Assembly (NCBI RefSeq): GCF_004010195.1
Contig: NC_057753.1
Span: 3,689,514 to 3,753,513, forward strand
Direction of reading: 5' to 3'
DNA from: Chiloscyllium plagiosum
Taxonomy: Eukaryota
DNA length: 64,000 nt
Shown here: piece after piece, positions 26,362 through 38,400 of the stretch
Position numbering within the stretch: the stretch's first letter is position 1
Layout: each line of letters starts with the position of its first letter
Translations under genes and position numbers: made by a program
The notes under the pieces: generated by a model
What the model was told of the DNA's origin: nothing
The model's input: the letters and a program-made list of their open reading frames with translations, nothing else
The model's database searches: none

Positions 26362-27545
26362 GAGAACATAGAACAGTGCAGCAGAGTACAGGCCCTTCAG
26401 CCCAGGATGTTGTGCCAAGCATTTATCTTACTGTATGATCAGCCTAACCTTCACACCCCTCAATTTAGTGCCGTCCATGTGCTGGTCCAGCAGTCGCTTA
26501 AATGTATTTGACTCTACTGCCGGCGCTGGCAGTGCATTCTGCTCTCTGCATAAAGAATCTGCCTCTGGCATCTTCCCGAAACCTTCCTCCAATCATCTTA
26601 AAATGATGACCCCTCGTAACAGCCATTTCTGCCCTTGGAAAATGTCTCTGACTACTCTACCGATAGATCTCATTACCTTGGACACCACCATCAAGTCACT
26701 CACTTCCTTCTTCTCTCCAGTGTGAAAAGCCGGAACTCACTCAGCCTCTCTTCAGAAGACATGCACTCCAGTCCAGGCAGCATCCTGGTAAATCTCCTGT
26801 GCACCCTCCCTAAAGCATCTACATCCTTATTATGATGAGGTGACCACAACTCGACACAATATTCCAAGTGGAGTCAAACCTCGGTTTTATAGAGCTGCAG
26901 CAAAACCTTAAACGCAAATCCCCCTGCTAACGAAAGCCAAAACACCATACGCCTTCTTAACAACTCTATCAACTTGGATGCCAACTTTGACTAATCTACG
27001 TGTGTGGATCCCAAGATGCTGCTGTTCCTCCACGCTGCCAAGAATCCTGTTTTGAACCCTGTACTCAGCATTGAAGTACGACCGTCCAAAATGAATCACT
27101 TCGCATTCAGTCAGGTTGAACTCCATCTGCCATTTCTCAGCCCAGTTCTACATCCTGTCAATGTGTAGTTGTAGTCTGCAACAGACCTCGACACTATCTA
27201 CAATACCACCGACTTTTGCGTTATTGGCAACCATACTCTACCCCACCCTTCCAGCTCTTCATTCATGAAAACTACAAAGAGCAGAGGCCCAAGAACAGAG
27301 GGCCTGTGGGACACCACTCGTCACCAACCTCCAGGCAGAATATTTTCCATCCACTACCTCTCGTTATCTTCTTTTGACCAGCCAATTCTGTAACCAGACA
27401 GCCAAAACGCCCCTGTATCCCATACCTCCTAACTTTCTGAATGAGCTTACCGTGGAGAACTTTATCAAATGCCTTACTGAAATCCATCTACACGACATCC
27501 ATGGCTCGACCTTTGTTAACTTGTCTCGTCACCTCCTCAAAGAAT
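26362..27545 (-). mobile_element. CR1/HER1-type LINE, 3' half
   Basis: MDFSKAFDKVLHGKL; MEFNLTECEVIHFGR; (agaacat)n tail. Confidence 0.88.
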
Positions 27546-27994
27546 GCATGCTCACACTTGCCCGTTTTAAACACCATCTGCTATTTCTCCACCCATGTCT
27601 GGAACTGATCGAGGTACGCTGTATTCCTTGACAACATTCTGAAATGGCTGTTGTCCACAATTCCAAGTGTCTGGCCTATTCACCTGTGGTCCGTTTCTTA
27701 GGCGACTTCCTGCAGCCCTGTAGTGTTGGCGAACGGTTGGACACCCTCCAGACCGAGGTAGTCACCCTGTTCTTCGCTGGTGGGATTGCCCTGATTCCAT
27801 ATCGTGGGAACGAGTATGAAACCAGGAAGAGCCTATTCTGAGACTGTTATTCTCTTCTCCTGATTCGGAGAGTCACTGTTCCCGATTGCCCAGAGCTATA
27901 TTATCCCGGTACTCCGTGGTTCCTGATGGCTGGAGGCTGAGCTTCAATTGCCCCGCCAAGCATCTGGTGTTTCCAGGTTGGGATACACAGCGAC

Positions 27995-28637
27995 GGAGAG
28001 AAACAGAGAGATAACGAAAGACAGCACGAGAAACAGAGAGAGCGAGGAACGGAGAGAGAGGGAGAGGTTGAGAGATAAAGGAAGAGAGATAGACAGAGAT
28101 AAAGGGAGAAATAAAGGAAAAGAAGAAGGGAGAGTGGGGGAGAGGAATAGATAGAGACAGTGAGAGGAAGGGTGCGAGACAGAGAGAGTGGGCGAGAGAG
28201 GGAGACATCCAGACAATGAGAGTGAGAGACAGACTGAGAGAGAGAGAAAGGGAGCAANNNNNNNNNNNNNNNNNNNNNNNNNNNNNNNNNNNNNNNNNNN
28301 NNNNNNNNNNNNNNNNNNNNNNNNNNNNNNNNNNNNNNNNNNNNNNNNNNNNNNNNNNNNNNNNNNNNNNNNNNNNNNNNNNNNNNNNNNNNNNNNNNNN
28401 NNNNNNNNNNNGAGAGAAAGGGGATAGAGGGAAAAGTAGATCACAATAGCATCAACAGACACAGACAGACATACCACACAGACACAGGCACACATATCAC
28501 AGACACACACACACACCAGAGACATAAACATACACGCATACCAAACAGATATAAACACACACACACACGCACAAAACAGGTATAAGCACACACACATCAC
28601 ACAGGTATACACACACACAAGGAGGCACACACACAAA
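27995..28637. repeat. GA-rich then CA-rich simple repeats flanking an assembly gap (N 28258-28411)
   Basis: Direct inspection. Confidence 0.9.
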
Positions 28638-29089
28638 CATTATGCTGGTGTGGCGAAGATTGCATTTGTCTAAAGAGATCCCTGAGGATGAAATATGCTC
28701 AGCAAAATATGATCACAGTGGAATTTGAAAAGTATTTGTCTTTGCACAGGAGTGCTGAAATGAAATGCATCAAATAGAGGATTTCCACTCCAACTGTGTC
28801 CAGGCACCTCTGAGGGAACAAAGAACAAAGAAAATTACAGCAGAGAATCATGCCCTTTGGCCCTCTAAGCCTGCACTGATCCAGACCTTCTATCTATATC
28901 TGTCGTCTATTTTCTAAAAGTCTGTATCCCTCTGCTCGTTGCCCATTCATTTTTCTGAAGTGTTTTGTAGGGAGGCATTGTGAATTTTATTAGACTTTCT
29001 GCAATTTGTAATGTCTGGCATACTACTATCTCTGAAGCGATAAATAAAGTAGTTTGAATCCACTTAAGGTCATGTCAATAACTATGGAG

Positions 29090-32000
29090 AGAAAGCAGAG
29101 TGAATGCTGCGGGTCCAAGGATCCTCCATTATGTTTCCCAATGACCATGTCTCTGGCAAATGTTGGTTGCTGGAAGAACTCCGGCTCAGATTGGATGAGC
29201 TAGAGTCTGACCTTCAAACATTGTGATACATCAGGGAGGGGAAGAGTTACCTGAAAGCTGTGTTTCTGGAGACAGGCACACCCCTTAGACGAGCTAACTC
29301 AAATGCGGTCAGTGATCAGGGGCAGGAGGTTGTGGCAGTGAGTGAGGCAGGTAGATGGATCCAGGAGGTAGAGCTGCTCGAGCTTCAGCCCCTGTCCTTG
29401 TCCAAAAGATTCAAAGCTTTTGCTCCCTGTGTGGACAGGAACGGGGACTGCAGAGAGGATGAGCCAACCGAACGCAGCACTAACTGATGGAGGGAACCCT
29501 TCAAGTGGAGGGAGAGAAGACAGATGTTGTGATTGGGGATAGTGTAGTTAGGGGCATAGACGCTGTTCTCTACGGCCAGAGTCAAGAATTCCAAAGGTTG
29601 TGTTGCCTGCCGGTGCCCGGGCACAGGAGTTGGCTGCTGAGGAACTTGGAGTGGGAGGGTAAATATCCAGTGGTCTTTGTCTCCGGTGAAGATAAAACTA
29701 GGGCATAGGTTCTACGAGGGGAGAATGAACAGTTATGAGCTAAAACAAGAAAAGGAACTAAAAAGGTAATAATCTCTGGATGACTACCTGAGCCAGGAGC
29801 TAATTGGCACAGAGTCAATAACATTAAGCAGGTAAATGCATGGCTCAAAGGTTAGTGTGGGAGAAATGCATTTGAATTCATGGGATACTGGCATCAGTAT
29901 TGGAAAGAAGGGACTTGTTCTGATGCGACGGCCTTGATCTGAACCGTGCTGGGGCCAGTGTCCTAGTAAACTATAGCTGTAGACAAGACTTTAAACGAAA
30001 TAGGGGTGAAGGGGTGGGGGAATCAGTTTGCGGGGAAATTAGAAAACCTGAATTGAAGGAGGACATAAGAATGCAGAACTCGTGAGAGGTTGTTAAAATC
30101 TCTGGCACAGACACAAATAGGACAGACTGTTTGGAAAGGGATGACAATCAACCTTCAAGCACACTGGACAAACGAATGACAATGAGGAGAGGGACGGTCT
30201 GATTGCAGGCAGTATGAGGCATAAGGTAATTGAGCTCATGGCGTAGATCGATATTGGCAGGTAGGTTGTGGTGGTGAAATGGCGGCAAAGGGATCAGGAT
30301 CAGGAGGTGAATATTTAAGGATATACATCCTATTGAAAAGATCAGCAGATCAGCAGAGAGGGTGGGGTTGTCTTATTAGTAAGAATGGAATTAAATCAAT
30401 AATAAGAAATGAAGTCGGGCCAGATGGTGTAGAATCAGTGTGGGTACAATTGAGGAACCGCAAAGGTAAAACAAACCATAGTTCGAGTTAAGTATAGGCT
30501 TCCAAACAATAGTCAGGAGCTGGGGCACAAGACACACCAGGAGATAGAAAAGTCACGTAGGTAAGGCAAAGATACAGTAATCACGGAGGACTTCACTATG
30601 CTCGTGGACTGGGAAGAAGCTGATTTTTGTATTGCCTGCGAGATGGATTTTTGAGCAACTTGTGATGGAGCCCAATAGGGAACAGACAATACTGGATTTA
30701 ATGGTGTGCAAAAAGGCAGACTTGATAAAGAAGCGTAAGGTGAAGGAAATTTTAGGAGGCGGTGATAATAATATGATTAACTTTACTCTGCAATTTGACT
30801 GGGAGAAGATAGAATCAGAAGCAACAACATTACAACTGAATAAGGACATCTGAAGAGGCATGAGGGAGGAGCTGGGTAGAATTGACTGGGAGACGAGCCA
30901 AGCAAGAAAGACAGTGGATCAGCAATGGCAGGAGTTTCAGGAGACACAGTAGAGATTCATCCCGAGGAAAAACGAAGCATGAAAAGATGAGGCAATCAGA
31001 GCTGACTTGGGAAGTCAGGGATATCATCAAAGCATACAATGTGGCGAAGGGCCGTGGTAAACAAGAGGAATGGGAAACTTGCAAAGACCAACAGAGGACA
31101 ACAAAGAAAAGAAATAAGCAGAGAAAAATTAAATATGTGGGTAAACTCGCCAGTAATATAAAGGAAGACTGTAAAAGTTTCTTTAAATATATAAAGAGCG
31201 AAAGAGAGACGAAAGTTGACACTGGGCTGCTGGAAAGTGACCCGGGTGAGATAGTCATGGGGAACAAGACTGACACGGGAGAGATAGTCACGGGGAACAA
31301 GGAAATGGCTGAGGAACTAAATAATTACTTTGCATCAGTCTTCACAGTGGAAGACACGAGTAATATCCCAAAAATTCAAGATAGTGAGAGTGCAGAGCTG
31401 AGTTTGGTGGCCATCACCAAGGCGAAGGTGCTAGAAAAACTGAATGGCCTGAAGGTATATAAATCACCTTGATCAGATGGTCTACATGCCAGAGTTCTAA
31501 GGAAGATAGCTGAAGAGATAATGGAGGTGGCTGTGGTGATATTTCAGGAATCACTTGTATCAGGGAGGGTCCCCGAGGACTGGAAAATCACAGCCGTGAT
31601 ACCCCTGTTGTAAAGCAAAAGATGGAAAATTATGGACCAATTCGCATACCCTCAGTAATGGGTAAGATCCTGGAATCCATTGTGAAGGATGAGATTTCTG
31701 AATATTTGGAAGTGTATGGCAAAATAGGGCAAAGTCAACATAGTTTCATCAAGGTGAAGTCATGTCTGACAAATCTGCTAAAATTCTTTGAGGGAGTAAC
31801 GAGCAGGTTAGACCAAGGAAAGCCAATGGATGTCATCCACATGAATTTCAGGAAGGCCTTTGACAAGGTACCGAACAGAAGGCTACTGAGTAACATTAGG
31901 TCTATTGTGTAGGGGCAAAGTGCTAGTATGGATAGAAGCTTAACTATCTGTTAGGAAGCAGAGAGCGGGTATAAAAGGGTCCTTCTCTGGATGGCAACTG

Positions 32001-32200
32001 GTGACATGTCATCTTCTGTAATGGTCAGTGTTGGGACAACAACTAATGATCTAGATGAAGGAACTGAGGGCATTCCGACTAAATTTTCAGACGATACAAA
32101 CATAGACAGAGGGACAGGTATCATTGAGGAGGCGGGGAAGCTGCAGAAGGAGTTGGACGGGTTAGCTGAGTGGGCAAAATACAGTTGGAGGGGGAAATAA
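29090..32200 (+). mobile_element. Long CR1 LINE with ORF1 (coiled coil and SGNH esterase) and ORF2 (APE and RT), decayed, 3' end missing
   Basis: KCWLLEELRLRLDELESDL; VVIGDSVVRGID (GDS motif); LDLMVCK; FASVFTVED; SCLTNLLKFFE; KFSDDT. Confidence 0.88.
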
Positions 32201-33211
32201 TGCACTCCACTCCCTGCGGCGCCCACCTCTCCCTGAACAACTCCAGGGTGTTGGTAGAGACCGCGTCCTTCTCCAAGGACATTTGGGCTCTAACGTAACC
32301 ACGACACTCCTATTTATATCTGTCAGCCAGGACTCCCTGATTGGACCTGGCTGACCTTGTTCCAATCATTACATGCCTTTCCCCTTGAAGTCCTGGAACA
32401 TGGGTCATTTTATTCCTGTAACTTCTGCTGTGCAGGTTTTGCACCAAGTCCGGTTCCTCCAACTCTGCCTCAGATAATGCCGGCATGTGCAGACGATAGC
32501 CTGTCTGTTTACACCTGGTTTGCCTCAGCTGAAATACATCTTTAGGCGGTAACAATGTTGAGAATACAACATCAGCACTGGCCGTCTCGTCCTCAGGGGT
32601 TTCTCGACACTAGTAGAGGTCTTTACTGCCTTGCCAGATGGTCTGTATGTTGCAGCATTCACTTAGTCCATCTGCTTGCACCACAGCACCTGACCTTGTG
32701 TCAATCATGCCTCTTACCCATGCAGGGGGATATCCATCATTTTGACTCCTATTTTCATCCCTTGGAATTAACGACCTCCGTCGATTAGAGGAGTCTTGTG
32801 TCCACCATTCCTGGTGCTGTTTCACCCTTCCTCCCTCTGCCCACAGCCCCCAGGTCCACGCAGACCAGGTTTAATCCAGTGCAAAGTCGTCCCCTTATTA
32901 GCAGCTCTGCTGGAGCTGTCCCTCCAGTTGCATGAGGGGTAGTCCTACAATCAAACAAGAACCAGGACATTTTTGGCATCGGGTGAAACTGCAGGCTGTT
33001 TCTTTACACCTGCTTTCAAAGTGCAGACTGCTCTTTTCACCAGGCGATTGGATGGTGGACGGTAATGCACCTATCCTTAACTGCCAAATGCCATTTAATT
33101 GTAAGAAATGCTCAAATTCTGTGCTGGTAAATGATGGCCCATTGTTTGTGACCAACATCGCTGGGAGGGGGGTGTACAAGAGATGCTCATGGCTTTTCAA
33201 TCGCCATCCCA

Positions 33212-33800
33212 TTAGCGTTCATTAGCAGAGGGATTGAATTCAAGAGTCGTGAAGTGATGTTGCAACTGTACACGACTTTGGTTAGGCCACATTTGGAGTA
33301 CTGTGTGCAGTTCTGGTCGCCTCACTTTAGGAAAGATGTGGAAGCTTTGGAGAGGGTGCAGAGGAGATTTACTAGGATGTAGCCTGGAATGGAGAATAGG
33401 TCGTACGAGGATAGGTTGAGAGTGCTAGGCCTTTTCTCGTTGGAACAGCGAAGGATGAGGGGTGACTTGATAGAGGTTTATAAGATGATCAGAGGAATAG
33501 ATAGAGTAGACAGTCAGAAACTTTTTCCCCGGGTGCAACAGAGTGTGACAAGGTGACATAAATTTAAAGTGAAGGGTGGAAGGTATAGGGGAGATGTTAG
33601 GGGTGGGTTCTTTACCCAGAGAGTGGTGGGGGCATGGAATACGCTGCCTGTGGGAGTGATAGAGTCAGAATCTTTGGTGACCTTTAAGCGGCAATTGGAT
33701 AGGTACATGGATGGGTGCTTAAGCTAGGACAAATGTTCGGCACAACATCGTGGGCCGAAGGGCCTGTTTTGTGCTGTATTGTTCTATGTTCTATGTTCTA
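33212..33800 (+). mobile_element. Young CR1/HER1 LINE 3' fragment inserted in the Gypsy integrase
   Basis: Nearly intact RPHLEYCVQFWSP...TQRVVGAWNTLP and (gttctat)3 tail. Confidence 0.9.
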
Positions 33801-34982
33801 TCCCCATGTTTGATGAATAAACTCTGTGCATATCCAACCACTTCGAGTGGACATCCACAATGACTAAGAACATAGATCCCGTGAAAGGACCTGCATGGTC
33901 AATGGATAACTGAGTTCACGGTTGCCTGGCCAATCCCGTGAAGGTGACAAAGCTGCTGCCAGTGATTTTTGTCCTTGTTGGCATTCTGGATACTGCCCCA
34001 CCAACATAGCCATGTTGGCATCCCATTCTGGCCACCAGCCATAACCTCGCACCATCATCTTCATTTCGGAAACCCCTGAGTGAAGCTTGTGGAGTTCATC
34101 CAGTATCTGGTGGTTACCTTTTGTTACGATAATCACTCTTGCTTCACACAATAATATGCCATCCTCTATTGTGGTCTGCTCTCTCTCCAGGATTCAATTC
34201 TGGTTGATGACCTTTCCTTTCTCCCATTACGAGGGTGGGATCTTGTTGCATCCACAGTGTGACATTGTCAGTGGTGACTGGAACAGTGCCCAGTAAGTTT
34301 AAAACTACAACAGACTCTTCCTGTGGTGACGTCCCCTGTGGTGTATCTGTGAGTGGAAGGTGGTTTTAGACACCTACATTTGGCCTCCCAAGCAGTGTTC
34401 CAAATTGTAATGAGATGCCCTCAGAATAAGAGCCCAACACTGAATTCGACCTGAAGCTATGGGTCGCACGGCCCTGTTCTCTTTAAGTACCTTAGCAAGG
34501 GTTTGTGGTCTGTAAGTTACAAATTTATGTCCGTAAAGGAATTGGTGGACATTTCTTACACCGAAGATGACCACCCAAACCTTCACTCTCTATCTGAGTA
34601 TATATTCGTTTCTCATCAGCCAAAGTTCAGGAAACATACGATATCGAGTGCTCCTCTTTGCTGGGCCACCAATGAGCCAGTATTATGCCAATACCATTTC
34701 AACACCATTTCTTGCTTCTTTTTGTAGTGTGTCAGCATCTCAGATTACGATAGCTGCTTCTTCACTTCCCTGAAGGCTGTGTCTTGGCTACGAGATCACT
34801 TCCAAGGCTGATTCTTTCTCAACAGCAAACTTAAGGGTGCCAGGATGGAGGCCAGTTAATGTATAAGTTTTCCATAGTAATTCACCAACCCCAGGAAAAA
34901 TCTAAGCTCGGGTACAGATGTGGGAAATGGTGCACGTTTGATCACCCTCACTTTATTTTCCAATGGGTACGATTTTCTGTAA

Positions 34983-35105
34983 GGAGAAAGTGAGGTCTGC
35001 AGATGCTGGAGATCAGAGCTGAAAATGTGTTGCTGGAAAAGCGCAGCAGGTCAGGCAGCATCCAGGGAACAGGAGAATCGACGTTTCGGGCATAAGCCCT
35101 TCTTC
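34983..35105 (-). mobile_element. PLE family B tail-only insertion
   Basis: Flanked by 11-bp direct repeat attttctgtaa (34972-34982, 35106-35116); hammerhead core lacks its first C. Confidence 0.85.
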
Positions 35106-35658
35106 ATTTTCTGTAACCCAAGTCGCTCCTCTTAGGATGCTAGGAACACAGTCCTCCCTGCTAAGGCATACCCCTGCCTTGGAGAAATGCTTAAGCACCG
35201 TGTCCAAGTTCTCTAGGTGTTCTTTATTGATTTTCCCGCTTATTAGCACATCATCCAGACACGTGGAAATCTTGAGTAGACCCCGTTAAATGTTTTCTAA
35301 CATCCACCAAAAAATAGCTGGTATTACGCAAAATGCAGCCCTACGTACTGGTACCAACCCTTACCAATATTAATTGTAGTATACTTTTGGGAATCCTCAA
35401 CTAATCGCAATTGCATCTACATATGGCTCTTGTCCAGCTATGTGAAGGAAAACCTTCCCCTACCCCCACCTCCCCACCCCTACCCCTAACCTCACAAATA
35501 ACTCATTTATGCAATGCACAGGGTATTTAGCAAGTTATGAGTCGTGGTTTATGTTTGTTTGAAATCCCCACAAAGGTGACTGACCTATCAGGCTTCACAG
35601 TTTGTGGAATTGATGGCTTGATGCCAGGCTTGATGCCTTCACTTGCTAGTCTTCTGGC

Positions 35659-36209
35659 CATGATTTGGAGATGCTGGTGTTGGACTGGGGTGTACAAAGT
35701 TAAAAATCACACAACACCAGGTTATAGTCCAATGGGTTTAATTGGAAGCACTAGCTTTCGGAGCGACGCTCCTTCATCACGTGATAGCGGAGGGCTCGAT
35801 TGTAACACAGAATTTATAGCAAAAATTTGCAGTGTGATGTAACTGAAATTATACATTGAAAAATTGATTGTCTGTTAAGCATTTCATCTGTTAGAATACA
35901 GTGATAGTTTCACTTCTTGCATGTGTAAATCACAAAACCTTTTTTTAAAAGTTGCATTCTCGGGTTAGCTGATAACAATGGTGATAGCTAGACAATATGT
36001 TGAAGGTGTTAGCCCCCTGTATTCTCTGTTATGACCTGATGTTTAGATTGATTCTAATCTAAAAAGTGAGATAACAGAGTTTTACATAAATTCATGCAGT
36101 TTTTGAGCTCAGAGTTCTACATTCATGATGAAGGAGCGTCGCTCCGAAAGCTAGTGTGCTTCCAATTAAACCTGTTGGACTATAACCTGGTGTTGTGTGA
36201 TTTTTAACT
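35659..36209 (-). mobile_element. PLE family C non-coding element with inverted terminal pLTR copy
   Basis: 12-bp TSD tagtcttctggc (35647-35658, 36210-36221); about 85-bp inverted arms, each with a GGAGC-N3-GCTCC-GAAAGCTA hammerhead-like motif. Confidence 0.85.
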
Positions 36210-37844
36210 TAGTCTTCTGGCGCATGCCTCTATCTTTACACAGCAGGCACATGGCATTGGATAGACTTTACGGAATCATGGAACGGTTCCTTGGTCAACA
36301 TGTAAGGTGGGTTTGGCTCCCTTGACAATCCGAGGTCTCCCTGAAAAGCCTCAAGATATTTAATTAGGAATTCACTCAGGCAGCCATTTTCTAATTGAAT
36401 CAATAAACTTGAATCTTTCTCAATCAACTTTGCTCCATCAAGCTTGGGCCCAAACCTTTACTACAATCAGCTATAACTGAGCTGATCTGCTTGTTGCATG
36501 AAACCGGAAGTGACGTTGTACCCTGAATCTGTAGGGGTTCCCACTGTCAATTTTCAGCCCGACTGAGGTCTGAGGCATATTTAAGGGTTGGATTACAGAA
36601 TTGTTTGAGAATGCTGGTTCCACAATACAGCCACACTGGTGATGACCTCAGTTAGAACTGGGTGACTGCTTAACCAGACATTTGTTTCAATTGGTTCTGA
36701 TTTGGATGTTGCCAAGCAATTTAACTGAATACTGATTCCCACAAAAAGAATACAGGATTTCTTTTCTTTCCATTGTCAACATATCGTCCATGACCAAAAT
36801 ACAACTATAGTCAGGTTGCAATAAGTTGTACAACTGTATCAGATCCTGATATTAGTTTCAGTTTCCATGACTGAAAATCTTCCCCCTGGAAGACCTGTTG
36901 TGGGTAATTCACCCCAACCTTCTTTAATTTGGCTACTTATCAAGGAATCATACATAATCAAGTACTGAAATAATTATTTGAACTTTATTGCATGTTGCAA
37001 CCGAAATAAGAACCCTTAAGTAAGAAAGTTACGCGTTTCAACTGAGCTTGGTTGTTACCTGTGTAATGGTGGAATTTAGCTATGATTCCAACCAACAGTG
37101 CCTATCTCTGGAAGTACCTGGGGTTCAATCCTTATGCAGTGCTGTTCTTTGAAGTTCTGCTAAAGGCGGCATTCTGGTGTCGGATTCTCATATAGATTTG
37201 CATCCTTCAGGTCGATGATGCAATATTAATGATAAATCTTTGGAGTCACTTCATCCAAAATATTGATTATTCTTTTGGAGTCCATGAGATTGCAGCTTGG
37301 ATTCTTTTCAGAAATAACTTATTTTATTCCTTGTTACACTTGGCCTCAACTGTCTGATTGTAGACACCAGTTATCAAACAGGGTGACAGAGCACTTTGTT
37401 TATGTAATCTCCACTCCTTATTTTTCCCGGACATGGCTAATTGCTTTCAAGTTCTACGTAACAGCATGTCTTTGTCCCTTAACAGCTTATTCCAGAGTTA
37501 TCCTTTCCATGTGTAACACTTTATCTTTGTTGATTATTTCAATCCATGAACCATTATTAAAATTCAGGAGACTGTAATATCATAACCCTTTGATATTGAT
37601 ATTAAAAAGAAAACAAATGTGGTATGAGAGAGAATTAAAAAAAACACACAAAGTCAGGTTGTGAAACTGAGCTGAATGAATCATGAGGACACAGAAGGAC
37701 TGTCACCAAAATCTTTACAGATGCACCATTGAAAACATACTGTCAGGGCGCACAATGGCCTGCTTTGGCAACTACGTTGCCTAGAATTGTAAAATAAATT
37801 ACTACAGAAGGTTGTGTGCATAGCCAGACCATTACAGAAGCCAG

Positions 37845-37935
37845 AGCTGAAAATGCGTTGCTGGAAAAGCGCAGCAGGTCAGGCAGCATCCAGGGAACAG
37901 GAGAATCGACGTTTCGGGCATAAGCCCTTCTTCAG
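37845..37935 (-). mobile_element. PLE family B tail-only insertion with intact hammerhead core
   Basis: TSD gaagccag (37837-37844, 37936-37943); CUGAAGA-A-GGGC-UUAU-GCCC-GAAA-CG-UC on the minus strand. Confidence 0.8.
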
Positions 37936-38084
37936 GAAGCCAGCCTTCAATCCATTGTCTCCATTAACATGTCTCATTGCCACAGAAAGGCTGCCAACAT
38001 CATCAAAGACCATTAGACCTTGGTAAAGCTCTCCTACAAACTCTTCTGTAAGGCAGAAAATATAGAAATTAGAATTCTTTTAAT

Positions 38085-38400
38085 TAGAAATTAGATTCCT
38101 TACAATGTGGAAACAGGCCATTCAGCCCAAGATTTCCACACCAACCCTCCAAAGAGTAACCCACCCAGACCCATTTCCCCTTGACTAATGCACCGAACAC
38201 TATGAGCAATTTAGTGTGGCGAATTCACCTAACCTGTATACATTTGGACTGTGGGAGGAAACCTGAGCACCAGTAGAAATCCCACACAGACACCGGGACA
38301 ATGTGCAAACTCATGACAGACAGTCACCCAAAGCTGGAATCAAACCCAGGTCTCTAGTGCTGTGAGGCAGCAGTGCTAACCACTGAGTCAACGTGCCATG
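38085..38400 (-). mobile_element. HE1-type SINE
   Basis: Reverse complement of the ggcacg..ctcagtggttagcactgctgcctcacag tRNA-like head and HE1 body. Confidence 0.88.

Larger units (their letters stand above)
32200..36760 (-). mobile_element. Decayed Ty3/Gypsy LTR retrotransposon (protease-RT-RNaseH-integrase, PPT and partial 3' LTR)
   Basis: Minus-strand order: RT (LDDVLISG...EHLENL), RNase H (VIFGV..HQFLYGHKF), integrase (LDELHKLHSG...WWP; NNGPSFTSTEFEHFL). Purine tract aaggggaaagg precedes TGTAATG at 32373; TATAAATA lies near 32310-32317. Confidence 0.85.

Noticed and set aside
27873..28636. ORFs rich in S/L/R/E/C/V
   Set aside because: Translations of GA and CA microsatellites and an N gap.
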